Sequence record: OR062947.1
Origin: Escherichia phage 348Ecol098PP
DNA: 64,000 nucleotides
Direction: 5' to 3' (one strand)
Part shown: positions 8,226 to 16,810 of the stretch, piece after piece
Numbering within the stretch: the first letter of the stretch is position 1
Layout: each line of letters starts with the position of its first letter
Notes under the pieces: generated by a model
Seen by the model: the letters and a program-made list of their open reading frames with translations, nothing else
What the model was told of the DNA's origin: nothing
Database searches by the model: none
Position numbers and translations under genes: made by a program

Positions 8226-9535
8226 CATTTGATGATTTGACTGAAGGCCAGAAAAACGCCTTCAACGTTGTTATGAACGCTATTAAAGAAAAGAAACATC
8301 ACGTAACTATTAATGGGCCTGCTGGTACAGGTAAAACAACCCTTACTAGATTCATCGTTGAAGCCCTTATTTCTTCTGGAGAATCAGGTATTATTTTAGC
8401 AGCCCCTACACACGCCGCTAAAAAGGTTCTAAGCAAACTTGCGGGTCAAGAAGCATCGACTATTCATAGCATTCTTAAAATCAACCCAACTACATACGAA
8501 GAAAACGTATTGTTTGAACAGAAAAAGGTTCCCGACTTAGCCTTGTGCCGTGTACTGTTATTTGACGAAGCGTCAATGTGCGACCGTTCTCTGTTTAAAA
8601 TAATGTTAGCTAGTATCCCTAAATGGTGTACAGTAATTGGAATCGGCGACCGATGCCAGATTCGTCCGGTAGACCCAGGCGAATCAACTGCGTATCTAAG
8701 TCCTTTCTTCACTCACAAAGACTTCGTGCAATGCAATCTTACAGAAGTTAAACGTAGCAATGCACCAATTATTGATGTTGCGACTGATATTCGTAATGGC
8801 AAATGGATTTACGATAAAGTAGTTGATGGACACGGTGTTCACGGATATACAGACCTTAAATCGTATATGATGAACTATTTTAACGTCGTTAAAACTCCTG
8901 AAGACCTTTTCGAAAATCGAATGATGGCATTCACAAATAAGTCGGTGGACAAGTTAAATTCAATTATTCGCCGAAAACTTCTTGAAACAGAAAAACCATT
9001 TATTAAAGACGAAGTCATTGTTCTACAAGAGCCGTTTACTAAGACATATAAGCTAGATGGTAAAAATATGACCGAAATGCTTTTCAATAACGGCCAATTC
9101 GTTCGTATTCGAGATGCTGTAGAAACGTCTACATTCGTTAAAGCACGTGGTGTTTCAGGCGAATATATGATACGATACTGGAATCTTACAGTAGAAACAT
9201 ATGGGGATGATGAAGAATACATCCGCGAAGATATAAAGGTTATTTCTTCTGAAGAAGAGCTTTATAAATTCAATTTGTTTTTGGCTAAGACCGCAGAAAC
9301 ATACAAATTTTGGAATAAAGGTGGTAAAGCTCCATGGAGCGAATTCTGGGATGCTAAACGTATGTTCACTAAGGTGAAGGCGCTACCAGTATCAACCTTC
9401 CATAAGGCCCAGGGTATGTCTGTTGACACTGCCTTTGTTTATACACCGTGTATCCATTATGCCGATTCAGAATTAGCTAAACAGTTATTGTATGTCGGCA
9501 CAACTCGCGGTCGGTTTGACGTCCATTTTATTTGA
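8222..9535 (+). CDS. dda: Dda DNA helicase (SF1B)
   Basis: 437 aa; MTFDDLTEGQKNAFN...INGPAGTGKTT (Walker A) matches remembered T4 Dda. Confidence 0.92.
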   Translation: MTFDDLTEGQKNAFNVVMNAIKEKKHHVTINGPAGTGKTTLTRFIVEALISSGESGIILAAPTHAAKKVLSKLAGQEASTIHSILKINPTTYEENVLFEQKKVPDLALCRVLLFDEASMCDRSLFKIMLASIPKWCTVIGIGDRCQIRPVDPGESTAYLSPFFTHKDFVQCNLTEVKRSNAPIIDVATDIRNGKWIYDKVVDGHGVHGYTDLKSYMMNYFNVVKTPEDLFENRMMAFTNKSVDKLNSIIRRKLLETEKPFIKDEVIVLQEPFTKTYKLDGKNMTEMLFNNGQFVRIRDAVETSTFVKARGVSGEYMIRYWNLTVETYGDDEEYIREDIKVISSEEELYKFNLFLAKTAETYKFWNKGGKAPWSEFWDAKRMFTKVKALPVSTFHKAQGMSVDTAFVYTPCIHYADSELAKQLLYVGTTRGRFDVHFI

Positions 9536-9544
9536 GAGAAAATT

Positions 9545-10222
9545 ATGAGCACTGATGTTATTATAGATTTTGAAACATTCGGCAATACATCAAAAGCGGC
9601 TGTTATTGACCTTGCGGTTATTGCATATAATTCCGACCCTGAAGTTGTTGAATCATTTGAAGAACTTGTTCAACGAGGTAAGCGAATTAAATTTAATTTA
9701 GCTTCTCAGAAAGGGAAGCGAGTTTTCGCTAAATCCACTATGAAATGGTGGAAAGAACAATCGGCTGACGCACGTAAAAACTTGACTCCGTCTGAAGACG
9801 ATGTCACTACGCTTGAAGGCATTAAAATCTTTTTAGACTATTGCCGAGCTAATAAAGTTGACCAATGGAAATCACAGATGTGGTGCCGTGGTATGAGCTT
9901 TGACTTCCCGATCTTAGTCGATTTGATTCGTGACCTTTATCGTGATGAAGGTGTTCTTGAACCAGATATTGATACTGATAAATTAGAACCGGTTAAATTC
10001 TGGGCTCAACGAGATATTCGTACTGCAATCGAAGCTTACTCGTTGACACGAGGATTAAGTATGTGTCCATTACCGATGGGTACGCTAAAAGGATTCGTTG
10101 CCCATGATAGTATTCATGATTGTGCTAAAGATATTTTGATGTTAAAATATGCTCAGCGTTATGCGCTTGGCCTTGAAGATGTCCCTGAGAATCCTGACCC
10201 GTTAAGTGTAAAACAGCGATAA
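9545..10222 (+). CDS. dexA: exonuclease A (DexA)
   Basis: 225 aa; IIDFETFG DEDD-type exonuclease start; adjacent to dda as in T4. Confidence 0.8.
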   Translation: MSTDVIIDFETFGNTSKAAVIDLAVIAYNSDPEVVESFEELVQRGKRIKFNLASQKGKRVFAKSTMKWWKEQSADARKNLTPSEDDVTTLEGIKIFLDYCRANKVDQWKSQMWCRGMSFDFPILVDLIRDLYRDEGVLEPDIDTDKLEPVKFWAQRDIRTAIEAYSLTRGLSMCPLPMGTLKGFVAHDSIHDCAKDILMLKYAQRYALGLEDVPENPDPLSVKQR

Positions 10223-10227
10223 AACCA

Positions 10228-10258
10228 GTTTACAACCAAGGATGGTTGGAGTATAATC
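10228..10258 (+). promoter_or_regulatory. early promoter cassette (family A)
   Basis: gtttacaaccaaggatggttggagtataat; near-identical copies at 10786 and 59673. Confidence 0.55.
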
Positions 10259-10288
10259 TTTCTATCTTAACCAAACAGGAAAAACATT

Positions 10289-10783
10289 ATGAATATCAAT
10301 ACTATGGCTACTTACATCCTGAAAGACGAAAAACAAATCAACTGGTACGGTGCTTCAGTGCGAGCTTATGAAAAGTTTTGTGAAATTTTAGGTGCCACTC
10401 AAGGTAATAGTTTCACTATTGTTAACTTCATCAAACAAGTTGAAGGCCCTTGGTTATTCTTAGAAATTAAAAATTCATACGGTACAATTTCTACTACTGC
10501 CATTCCAAGCACCGACTTTGAACTGTTGATTGAAGAAGCACCTGTTAAAGATGGTCTCCACTTTGATATGGATATCGTTTGTATGTACGGTACTCTGATT
10601 AAGCCTATTGAGCCTACTGATTTGTTGTGTAAATATGTTTCAATTCGACGCCCATTCGATGGTCCGGTAAATGGATGGGTAACTGACCAGTGGATTGAAG
10701 ATGGGGTTGAACTTCTGAACGTTGTTCATGCCGGTGATTTTAGTGTGGTTCCACGTAGTGCAGTAGTTAATATTCTAAATTAA
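10289..10783 (+). CDS. hypothetical protein, paralog 1 (shares C-terminal domain with next two ORFs; motB region)
   Basis: 164 aa; C-terminus GWVTDQWIEDGVELLNVVHAGDFSVVP. Confidence 0.55.
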   Translation: MNINTMATYILKDEKQINWYGASVRAYEKFCEILGATQGNSFTIVNFIKQVEGPWLFLEIKNSYGTISTTAIPSTDFELLIEEAPVKDGLHFDMDIVCMYGTLIKPIEPTDLLCKYVSIRRPFDGPVNGWVTDQWIEDGVELLNVVHAGDFSVVPRSAVVNILN

Positions 10784-10784
10784 T

Positions 10785-10816
10785 GTTGTACATCCAAGGA
10801 TGGATGGAGTATAATG
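10785..10816 (+). promoter_or_regulatory. early promoter cassette (family A)
   Basis: gttgtacatccaaggatggatggagtataat. Confidence 0.5.
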
Positions 10817-10845
10817 AATTCAACTTAAACAAAGAGAGAAAAAAT

Positions 10846-11376
10846 ATGATTACTATTGGTGAAATCCTTCGTGTATCTCCTGCTTCTCGTTCTAAAGCTG
10901 CAGGTCGTCTGGTTGAAGTAGCAGGGCTTCGTACTAACGGCATGGGACGTGTTAAAGAAGTTAAAGTTCGAATCATCCCCAGTTTTGGCGGACAAGATGC
11001 CCAGTATGCTTACGTAAGTCCTAAATTCCTGGAAAAACATATACGAGTCCAATTTGCTTCAAGCGAAGAAGTTGCACCTGCACACTTTGCTTCTGTTGAA
11101 GAAGTTGAATCACGTGATGGATACGTATGTGAATCCACTGAGCCTAATGTACAGTTCAAATGGGCCCTTTGCAAAGGCGTTGAATTTATAACCGATAAAG
11201 AATTTGATTACATCGACGAATACGGTTATCCAAGCAAAACTGATACTATGTGCGGCTTCATCAGCGACCAATGGGTTGAAGATGGTAAAAAGCTATACAA
11301 TATTGTATTCTTAGGTGACTTCCGAGTTGTTGAAGAATCTGAAATCACTCGCTATGTGTCTCCACGTAAAGCTTAA
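10846..11376 (+). CDS. hypothetical protein, paralog 2
   Basis: ATG at 10846 downstream of the promoter (the track start 10783 lies inside the promoter); C-terminus GFISDQWVEDGKKLYNIVFLGDFRVV. Confidence 0.55.
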   Translation: MITIGEILRVSPASRSKAAGRLVEVAGLRTNGMGRVKEVKVRIIPSFGGQDAQYAYVSPKFLEKHIRVQFASSEEVAPAHFASVEEVESRDGYVCESTEPNVQFKWALCKGVEFITDKEFDYIDEYGYPSKTDTMCGFISDQWVEDGKKLYNIVFLGDFRVVEESEITRYVSPRKA

Positions 11377-11385
11377 GGAATTATT

Positions 11386-11805
11386 ATGAATATTGCAAAT
11401 CTCTCTATTGGTGATTATGTACACGTATCGGATGCTTCTCGCTCTAAAGTTGCTGGTAAGTTGGTCGAAGTTCTTTCTGTGAGTGATCCGGTTTTTGGAC
11501 GTAACGAAGTTAAAGTTAGTGACGCCGATGGTAACATTGGTTACGTTAAAAGCCAGTTCATCGAGCCAGAAGAACGCGCGTTCAAATGGAAACTGGGCAG
11601 ATCAGTTTTAGTTGTAAAAGACTACGAGTTCACCATTGCCGCTGCGACAGATGGAACACCGTGGACAACGAATCAAGTTGCTGGTTTTATTTCGGACCAA
11701 TGGGTAGAAGATGGTGTTAAGCTTTATAACATCGTTTTCGCTGGACAGTTCATGGTAGTTCCTGAGTTCCAAATCAAAAAATATTGTCCAGCATCTTTTG
11801 CATAA
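11386..11805 (+). CDS. hypothetical protein, paralog 3
   Basis: 139 aa; N-terminus resembles paralog 2 (SxASRSKxAGxLVEV); C-terminus GFISDQWVEDGVKLYNIVFAGQFMVVP. Confidence 0.55.
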   Translation: MNIANLSIGDYVHVSDASRSKVAGKLVEVLSVSDPVFGRNEVKVSDADGNIGYVKSQFIEPEERAFKWKLGRSVLVVKDYEFTIAAATDGTPWTTNQVAGFISDQWVEDGVKLYNIVFAGQFMVVPEFQIKKYCPASFA

Positions 11806-11809
11806 AGTT

Positions 11810-11860
11810 GTTTACTTCTCCTCTGGATTTGGTATTATATCCATATCAACCAGAGGAGAA
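11810..11860 (+). promoter_or_regulatory. early promoter with 10-bp inverted repeat spanning -10 to SD
   Basis: gtttac at 11810; tctcctctgg (11817-11826) is the reverse complement of ccagaggaga (11850-11859); tattat -10 between them. Confidence 0.5.
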
Positions 11861-11864
11861 TAAT

Positions 11865-12389
11865 ATGTTAGTTTACCGCGTAGAACGTAGTTTTTGTACT
11901 CAACGTGAATCATTACCAGGAATTGCTATCAAAGACGGTAAAGCCGTCAGAATTTGGGAAACCTCTTGGAATAAAGAACCTCGTTCGCCATACGGTTGGT
12001 CGGGCACCGACAACTCTGAAGAAACATGGGAGTTCCTTGATAAGCATGGAATACTCTCAGGTAACTTCTACCATCATGGCGACAACTATAATGTCCCTAA
12101 TCGTCCTACAGTAAATGAAGACAAACTCCTTGAACAAAATATCTTAAGATACTATAGAATTGATCACTCATTTGAATTGAGTGAAGATTGGGCCCAAGGG
12201 TTCTATTTTGGATTTGAAAGTGTTGACGCGGTTTATGCATGGTTTGATGACCAGGTGGATGTTGAACTCTTGAAAGCTAAAGGATACTACATCGCGGTCT
12301 ATGAAGCGCCTGATTTCATCCTCGGAAGTTGTCAATTAATGTTCAGACGTTCATTGGCAGAACAAGTTGATTTTATTTTGCTAAAATGA
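11865..12389 (+). CDS. hypothetical protein
   Basis: ATG at 11865 after cagaggag SD; 174 aa. Confidence 0.5.
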   Translation: MLVYRVERSFCTQRESLPGIAIKDGKAVRIWETSWNKEPRSPYGWSGTDNSEETWEFLDKHGILSGNFYHHGDNYNVPNRPTVNEDKLLEQNILRYYRIDHSFELSEDWAQGFYFGFESVDAVYAWFDDQVDVELLKAKGYYIAVYEAPDFILGSCQLMFRRSLAEQVDFILLK

Positions 12390-12423
12390 TGTACAACAAC
12401 TATGGTCTATGATACTATAGACC
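12388..12423 (+). promoter_or_regulatory. early promoter cassette (family C, ...tatagacctatcaa)
   Basis: atgtac box, tactat -10, inverted repeat ggtcta/tagacc flanking the -10. Confidence 0.45.
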
Positions 12424-12446
12424 TATCAAAACAAGAGGAGAATATT

Positions 12447-12674
12447 ATGAAACGTCAAATCATTAAAAACGTAACTACTGATTCAAACATCGATGAGTTT
12501 GAAGATGTTCTGTTTAATCCTGATTTAGTTGTTGTACAGAAAAACTGGACTGAATTTTTATGCTACACTGAAGTGGTTTACGTTTACGAAAAACTAGGCG
12601 ATGAAATGCCTATCTATGGTATCTTCCGTGAAATCACTGAAAATGGTACAACTTATTGGAAGGAAACTTACTAA
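12447..12674 (+). CDS. hypothetical protein
   Basis: ATG at 12447 after aagaggag SD; 75 aa. Confidence 0.45.
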   Translation: MKRQIIKNVTTDSNIDEFEDVLFNPDLVVVQKNWTEFLCYTEVVYVYEKLGDEMPIYGIFREITENGTTYWKETY

Positions 12675-13087
12675 TGGCTAATAAATTCCGCGTTAACTCA
12701 TGGTACCAATTTATAGATAAACGTGCCCAAGAAGAGTTTATTAAAGACCACACTGATAATGGGATTTATGCACGACGTCTTGGCATGGAACCATTTAAAG
12801 TATTAGATGTTGACCATCTCGGACGTCCTACTAAAATTTTAACATCTACTGGCACGGTTGGATACGCAACAGGCGGTGATATCCTTGATGAAAACTTTAT
12901 CTGGCTCTCCACGAATGAAGCAGAGTTCTTTGACGAAGTTGAAAATCCATATCAAGCGTCCGAAGAGCAAGATTCTAGTGAACTTGACGAATTGTCTGAA
13001 TTTCCGGTGATGACGATTACTATCGAAAATAACGACCAGGCATGGTCTTTGTATCAAATGTTGAAAGCCCACTTTAAGGAACAATAA
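12674..13087 (+). CDS. hypothetical acidic protein
   Basis: ATG at 12674 (TAATG overlap; track start 12656 is TTG); 137 aa. Confidence 0.5.
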   Translation: MANKFRVNSWYQFIDKRAQEEFIKDHTDNGIYARRLGMEPFKVLDVDHLGRPTKILTSTGTVGYATGGDILDENFIWLSTNEAEFFDEVENPYQASEEQDSSELDELSEFPVMTITIENNDQAWSLYQMLKAHFKEQ

Positions 13088-13266
13088 TGCCGTTATACGA
13101 CTATAAATGTCAATCTGAAGATTGTGGTCATGAATATGAAAAAATTAAAAGGATTTCTGAACGAGAAAACGATGTTTGCCCTGAATGTCATCGTCTGTCT
13201 ACTCGTCGGGTTTCTGCTCCTAAACATGTGAACGGTGGTTTTTACGACTTACTTAAGAAGGGTTAA
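13087..13266 (+). CDS. small zinc-ribbon protein (CxxC-x17-CxxC)
   Basis: 59 aa ORF below the track cutoff; YKCQSEDCGH...CPECH motif; TAATG coupling to the upstream ORF. Confidence 0.45.
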   Translation: MPLYDYKCQSEDCGHEYEKIKRISERENDVCPECHRLSTRRVSAPKHVNGGFYDLLKKG

Positions 13267-13268
13267 TT

Positions 13269-13694
13269 ATGGCTTTTAAAGGTTTTGAAGTTGGTAAGAA
13301 ATATCGTATTATCAAAGGACAGGAAGATAATTTCTTGAGAATTCTTAATACGACTGGTAAGCGTCTTAATACTAATCTGCATACTACTTTATTGTCCAAA
13401 GATTTTATTGTGGAAGAGATGATTGGTTACGGCGTTTCGGTTATTGCTGTAGAAGCCGTAGGCGATTATGGCCGAACTATTCATAGTATGCAAGGTGATA
13501 TTCTGCTTTATGGTGCAGAATTTAAATTCTTTGAAGAAGTTCCGGAACCAGATACAGCTGTCGATTTCAAAAAAGGCTCTATAGAATTTGTTGATGGTTC
13601 GGTGATCGTATCAGGCGATGTGGTCATTACAGTTAAAAGTGAACAAGGGCGTTTAGCTGCAATTGATGCACTTCAGAAAATTAAATTTAAATAA
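13269..13694 (+). CDS. hypothetical protein
   Basis: 141 aa ORF immediately upstream of gene 39, followed by a terminator. Confidence 0.5.
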   Translation: MAFKGFEVGKKYRIIKGQEDNFLRILNTTGKRLNTNLHTTLLSKDFIVEEMIGYGVSVIAVEAVGDYGRTIHSMQGDILLYGAEFKFFEEVPEPDTAVDFKKGSIEFVDGSVIVSGDVVITVKSEQGRLAAIDALQKIKFK

Positions 13695-13711
13695 GGGCTT
13701 CGGCCCTTTTT
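13695..13711 (+). terminator. rho-independent terminator
   Basis: gggcttcggccc hairpin followed by ttttt. Confidence 0.75.
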
Positions 13712-13735
13712 GCTTTAGATTTCGGATGATAGAAT
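13708..13735 (+). promoter_or_regulatory. MotA-dependent middle promoter (MotA box TTTGCTTTA plus -10 TAGAAT)
   Basis: tttgcttta at 13708-13716, about 12-13 nt spacer, tagaat at 13730-13735, upstream of gene 39. Confidence 0.5.
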
Positions 13736-13757
13736 ACCTTCATAACGAGGAGACAAC

Positions 13758-15575
13758 ATGATTAAAAATGAAATTAAGGTATTGTCAGATGTAGAACATA
13801 TTAAGAAACGTAGTGGTATGTATATTGGTTCTTCTGCTAAAGAAGCACATGAGCGTTTTTTGTTTGGTAAATATCAACAAGTTGAATATGTTCCTGGTCT
13901 GGTTAAATTAATCGATGAGATTATTGACAACTCGGTTGATGAAGCTATTCGTACATCATTTAAGTTTGCAAATAAAATTGATGTGCAAATTAAAAATAAT
14001 CAAGTTTCGGTGGAAGATAACGGACGTGGTATTCCTCAAGGTTTAGTTACCGACCAAACAGGTGAACAAATTCCTGGGCCTGTAGCAGCCTGGACTATTC
14101 CAAAGGCCGGTGGTAACTTTGGTGATGACTCTGAACGCAAGACTGGTGGTATGAACGGCGTCGGGAGTAGTTTAACTAATATCTTCTCTACGTTGTTTAC
14201 AGGCATCACGTCAGATGGCGAAAATGAAATCACTGTTAACTGTTCAAACGGAATGGAAAACAAATCATGGTCTTCTAAGAAATCTAAAGGTAAAGGCACT
14301 AAAGTAATCTTCACTCCTGATTTCACTTCATTTGAAGAGCATAATTTATCTCAAATTTATTTAGATATTACTTTAGACCGACTTCAAACATTGGCAGTCG
14401 TTTATCCTGATATCAAGTTCACATTTAATGGTAAAAAGGTTGATGGTAATTTTAAACGATTTGCTAAACAATTTGGTGAAGATAACATCATTCAAGAAAA
14501 TGATAAAGTCTCTATAGCATTCACAACATCACCAGATGGCTTCCGTCATTTAACTTATGTGAATAACATCCATACTAAAAATGGTGGCCATCATGTTGAA
14601 TGTGTAATGGATGATATCTGCGAACATCTTTTGCCCGGTATTAAAAAGAAATATAAGGGTATTGAAGTCACTAAAGCTCGTGTTAAAGAATGCCTCACAA
14701 TGTTGATGTTTATTAGAGACATGAGCAACATGCGTTTTGATTCTCAGACTAAAGAACGTTTAACGTCAACGTATGGTGATATTCGTAATCATATCCAATT
14801 AGATGCTAAGAAAATTGCTCAGGCACTTCTTAAAAACGAAGCCTTGATTATGCCTATTGTTGAAGCCGCATTAGCTCGTAAATTGGCGGCAGAAAAGGCT
14901 GCAGAAACTAAAGCAGCTAAAAAGGCAACTAAAGCTAAGGTTCATAAACATATTAAAGCTAACCAATGTGGTAAAGATGCAGATACGACATTGTTCTTAA
15001 CAGAAGGTGATTCTGCAATTGGTTATCTCATTGATGTTCGTGACCGTGAACTACACGGCGGATTCCCATTACGTGGTAAGGTGATGAATAGCTGGGGTAT
15101 GTCATATGCTGATATGATGAAGAACAAAGAGCTCTTTGATATCTGTGCTATCACGGGTCTTATTCTTGGTGAAAAGGCAGAGAATACGAACTATCGTAAT
15201 ATTGCAATTATGACCGATGCCGATCATGACGGTCTTGGAAGTATCTATCCGGCTTTGCTTGCTTTCTTTAGTAATTGGCCTGAATTGTTTGAACAAGGAC
15301 GTATTCGCTTTGTTAAAACACCTGTAATTATTGCACAAATTGGCAAAGCTCAAAAATGGTTTTATACTGTAGCTGAGTATGAAGAAGTTAAAGATACACT
15401 GCCTAAGCATAGTATTCGATACATCAAGGGATTAGGCTCCCTTGAAAAGTCAGAATATCGTGAAATGATTCAGAACCCTGTGTACGACGTAGTTAAACTT
15501 CCTGAAAATTGGAAAGAACTCTTTGAAATGTTGATGGGTGATGATTCAGAACTTCGTAAAGAATGGATGTCCTAA
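13758..15575 (+). CDS. 39: DNA topoisomerase II large subunit (GyrB-like), fused gp39/gp60
   Basis: 605 aa; GHKL ATPase motifs (IDEIIDNSVDEA, EDNGRGIP) and Toprim region; the length implies the T4 gene 60 part is fused with no bypass element. Confidence 0.9.
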   Translation: MIKNEIKVLSDVEHIKKRSGMYIGSSAKEAHERFLFGKYQQVEYVPGLVKLIDEIIDNSVDEAIRTSFKFANKIDVQIKNNQVSVEDNGRGIPQGLVTDQTGEQIPGPVAAWTIPKAGGNFGDDSERKTGGMNGVGSSLTNIFSTLFTGITSDGENEITVNCSNGMENKSWSSKKSKGKGTKVIFTPDFTSFEEHNLSQIYLDITLDRLQTLAVVYPDIKFTFNGKKVDGNFKRFAKQFGEDNIIQENDKVSIAFTTSPDGFRHLTYVNNIHTKNGGHHVECVMDDICEHLLPGIKKKYKGIEVTKARVKECLTMLMFIRDMSNMRFDSQTKERLTSTYGDIRNHIQLDAKKIAQALLKNEALIMPIVEAALARKLAAEKAAETKAAKKATKAKVHKHIKANQCGKDADTTLFLTEGDSAIGYLIDVRDRELHGGFPLRGKVMNSWGMSYADMMKNKELFDICAITGLILGEKAENTNYRNIAIMTDADHDGLGSIYPALLAFFSNWPELFEQGRIRFVKTPVIIAQIGKAQKWFYTVAEYEEVKDTLPKHSIRYIKGLGSLEKSEYREMIQNPVYDVVKLPENWKELFEMLMGDDSELRKEWMS

Positions 15576-15597
15576 GCTCCTTCGGGAGCTTCATTTT
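15575..15597 (+). terminator. rho-independent terminator
   Basis: agctccttcgggagct hairpin followed by tcatttt. Confidence 0.65.
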
Positions 15598-15617
15598 AAT
15601 TTTAATAAGGCTTAATT

Positions 15618-16718
15618 ATGAAAGTTATGTTTATCCCATCTCGTGCAGTCCCATTTAACCCAGAACGTGTACAAGGTGGTCTTGAAGCAGTACATTTAAA
15701 TGTGTTGAAATATCTTGTGTCCATCGGTGCTGATATTGATTATATCGGCTTTGATAATGACACATTTGGTGATTGGAAGGTTAATCATCATCCTGTTGGT
15801 CATCTGACTAAATTCAGTCTAGGTATGAGTTATACTATGGCTCGTAAGATTGTTGAACTGGCCGGCATCCATGAATACGATTTTGTTGTTACTATGGAAC
15901 CGACTAAACTAACCGTTCAGGCAATTAAAGACGCAGGTCTCTCTAAAGTTCATAAGAATTTTATGGCAACACCATTTGAACCTGTATCTCGTGGCATTGT
16001 TCAAATTTGGGACCAGACTATTCAAATTCATAAGAATGGCGGTAAGAGTTATGCTCCTACTAAAGCCTTCCGTGAATTTGAACGCAAATATTGTTATATG
16101 ACTTCAGGTCTGACTGACAAAATCGATTATGATTATTGGCGAGCAAATCCGTTGTTTGAAGCCGAAGATTATCCGGTTATTTGTTTGAATGAGAAACCTG
16201 AAGTTCTTCCGGCGACGGATCTGATTATTAGTGCACAACGTTATGACACTAAAATGCGTCGTACTGATGTTGCTCTTGAAGCGATTAAAGCACTAGGCGA
16301 AAATGGTGCAGGATACTGTCCAAGCAAATGGGCGCCACCAGCTAAATATCCTGTTATTATCGATGCTCCACACAGTGAAATCATGGAACGTCTTAAAACA
16401 GCTAAAGCACTTATTAATACGTGTCCTGACACAGGTACGGTAGAGAATAGTTCTATTGAAGCCATCTCTAAAGGTGTCCCTGTAATCCAGTTAGTTTTTA
16501 AGGATTATCCTCATGCGACATTCGAATACGACCCAGATACTGTGCGTGTAGAAATTGATTCCTCTACTCCTAAGAAAGAAGTAGTTGCGCTTTACACAAA
16601 AGCTGTATTAGAATTCACTGACACATACGAAGCTCGAGTTAAACGTGCTGAAGCAGTATGGAAGAAGTATAACCGAGATGCAGTTGTTGCGATGTGGGAT
16701 AAAATCTTCACAGCGTAA
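15618..16718 (+). CDS. putative GT-B fold glycosyltransferase (candidate DNA hydroxymethylcytosine sugar transferase)
   Basis: 366 aa; C-terminal ENSSIEAISKGVPVI resembles the E...EA(M/I)xxGxPV(I/V) donor-binding motif of GT4-like glycosyltransferases; occupies the gene 60 / mobA slot between 39 and rIIA.1. Confidence 0.45.
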   Translation: MKVMFIPSRAVPFNPERVQGGLEAVHLNVLKYLVSIGADIDYIGFDNDTFGDWKVNHHPVGHLTKFSLGMSYTMARKIVELAGIHEYDFVVTMEPTKLTVQAIKDAGLSKVHKNFMATPFEPVSRGIVQIWDQTIQIHKNGGKSYAPTKAFREFERKYCYMTSGLTDKIDYDYWRANPLFEAEDYPVICLNEKPEVLPATDLIISAQRYDTKMRRTDVALEAIKALGENGAGYCPSKWAPPAKYPVIIDAPHSEIMERLKTAKALINTCPDTGTVENSSIEAISKGVPVIQLVFKDYPHATFEYDPDTVRVEIDSSTPKKEVVALYTKAVLEFTDTYEARVKRAEAVWKKYNRDAVVAMWDKIFTA

Positions 16719-16727
16719 ATCCTGAAT

Positions 16728-16790
16728 AGCCTGAGGCACTATTACACATAAGATGATAGATTATATGGTCTTTAGTAATAGTGCCCTAGG
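16728..16790 (+). promoter_or_regulatory. long inverted repeat enclosing an AT-rich -10-like region upstream of the rIIA.1-like ORF
   Basis: aggcactattac ... gtaatagtgcc arms of about 11 bp separated by about 30 nt containing tagattata. Confidence 0.35.
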
Positions 16791-16810
16791 AATCTACTGA
16801 AGAGAATATT

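Noticed and set aside
8464-9222. Minus-strand ORFs inside dda
   Set aside because: Antisense to Dda helicase; no supporting signals.
11905-12114. 69-aa ORF in an alternative frame inside ORF 11865-12389
   Set aside because: Fully nested in a longer ORF with a better start context.
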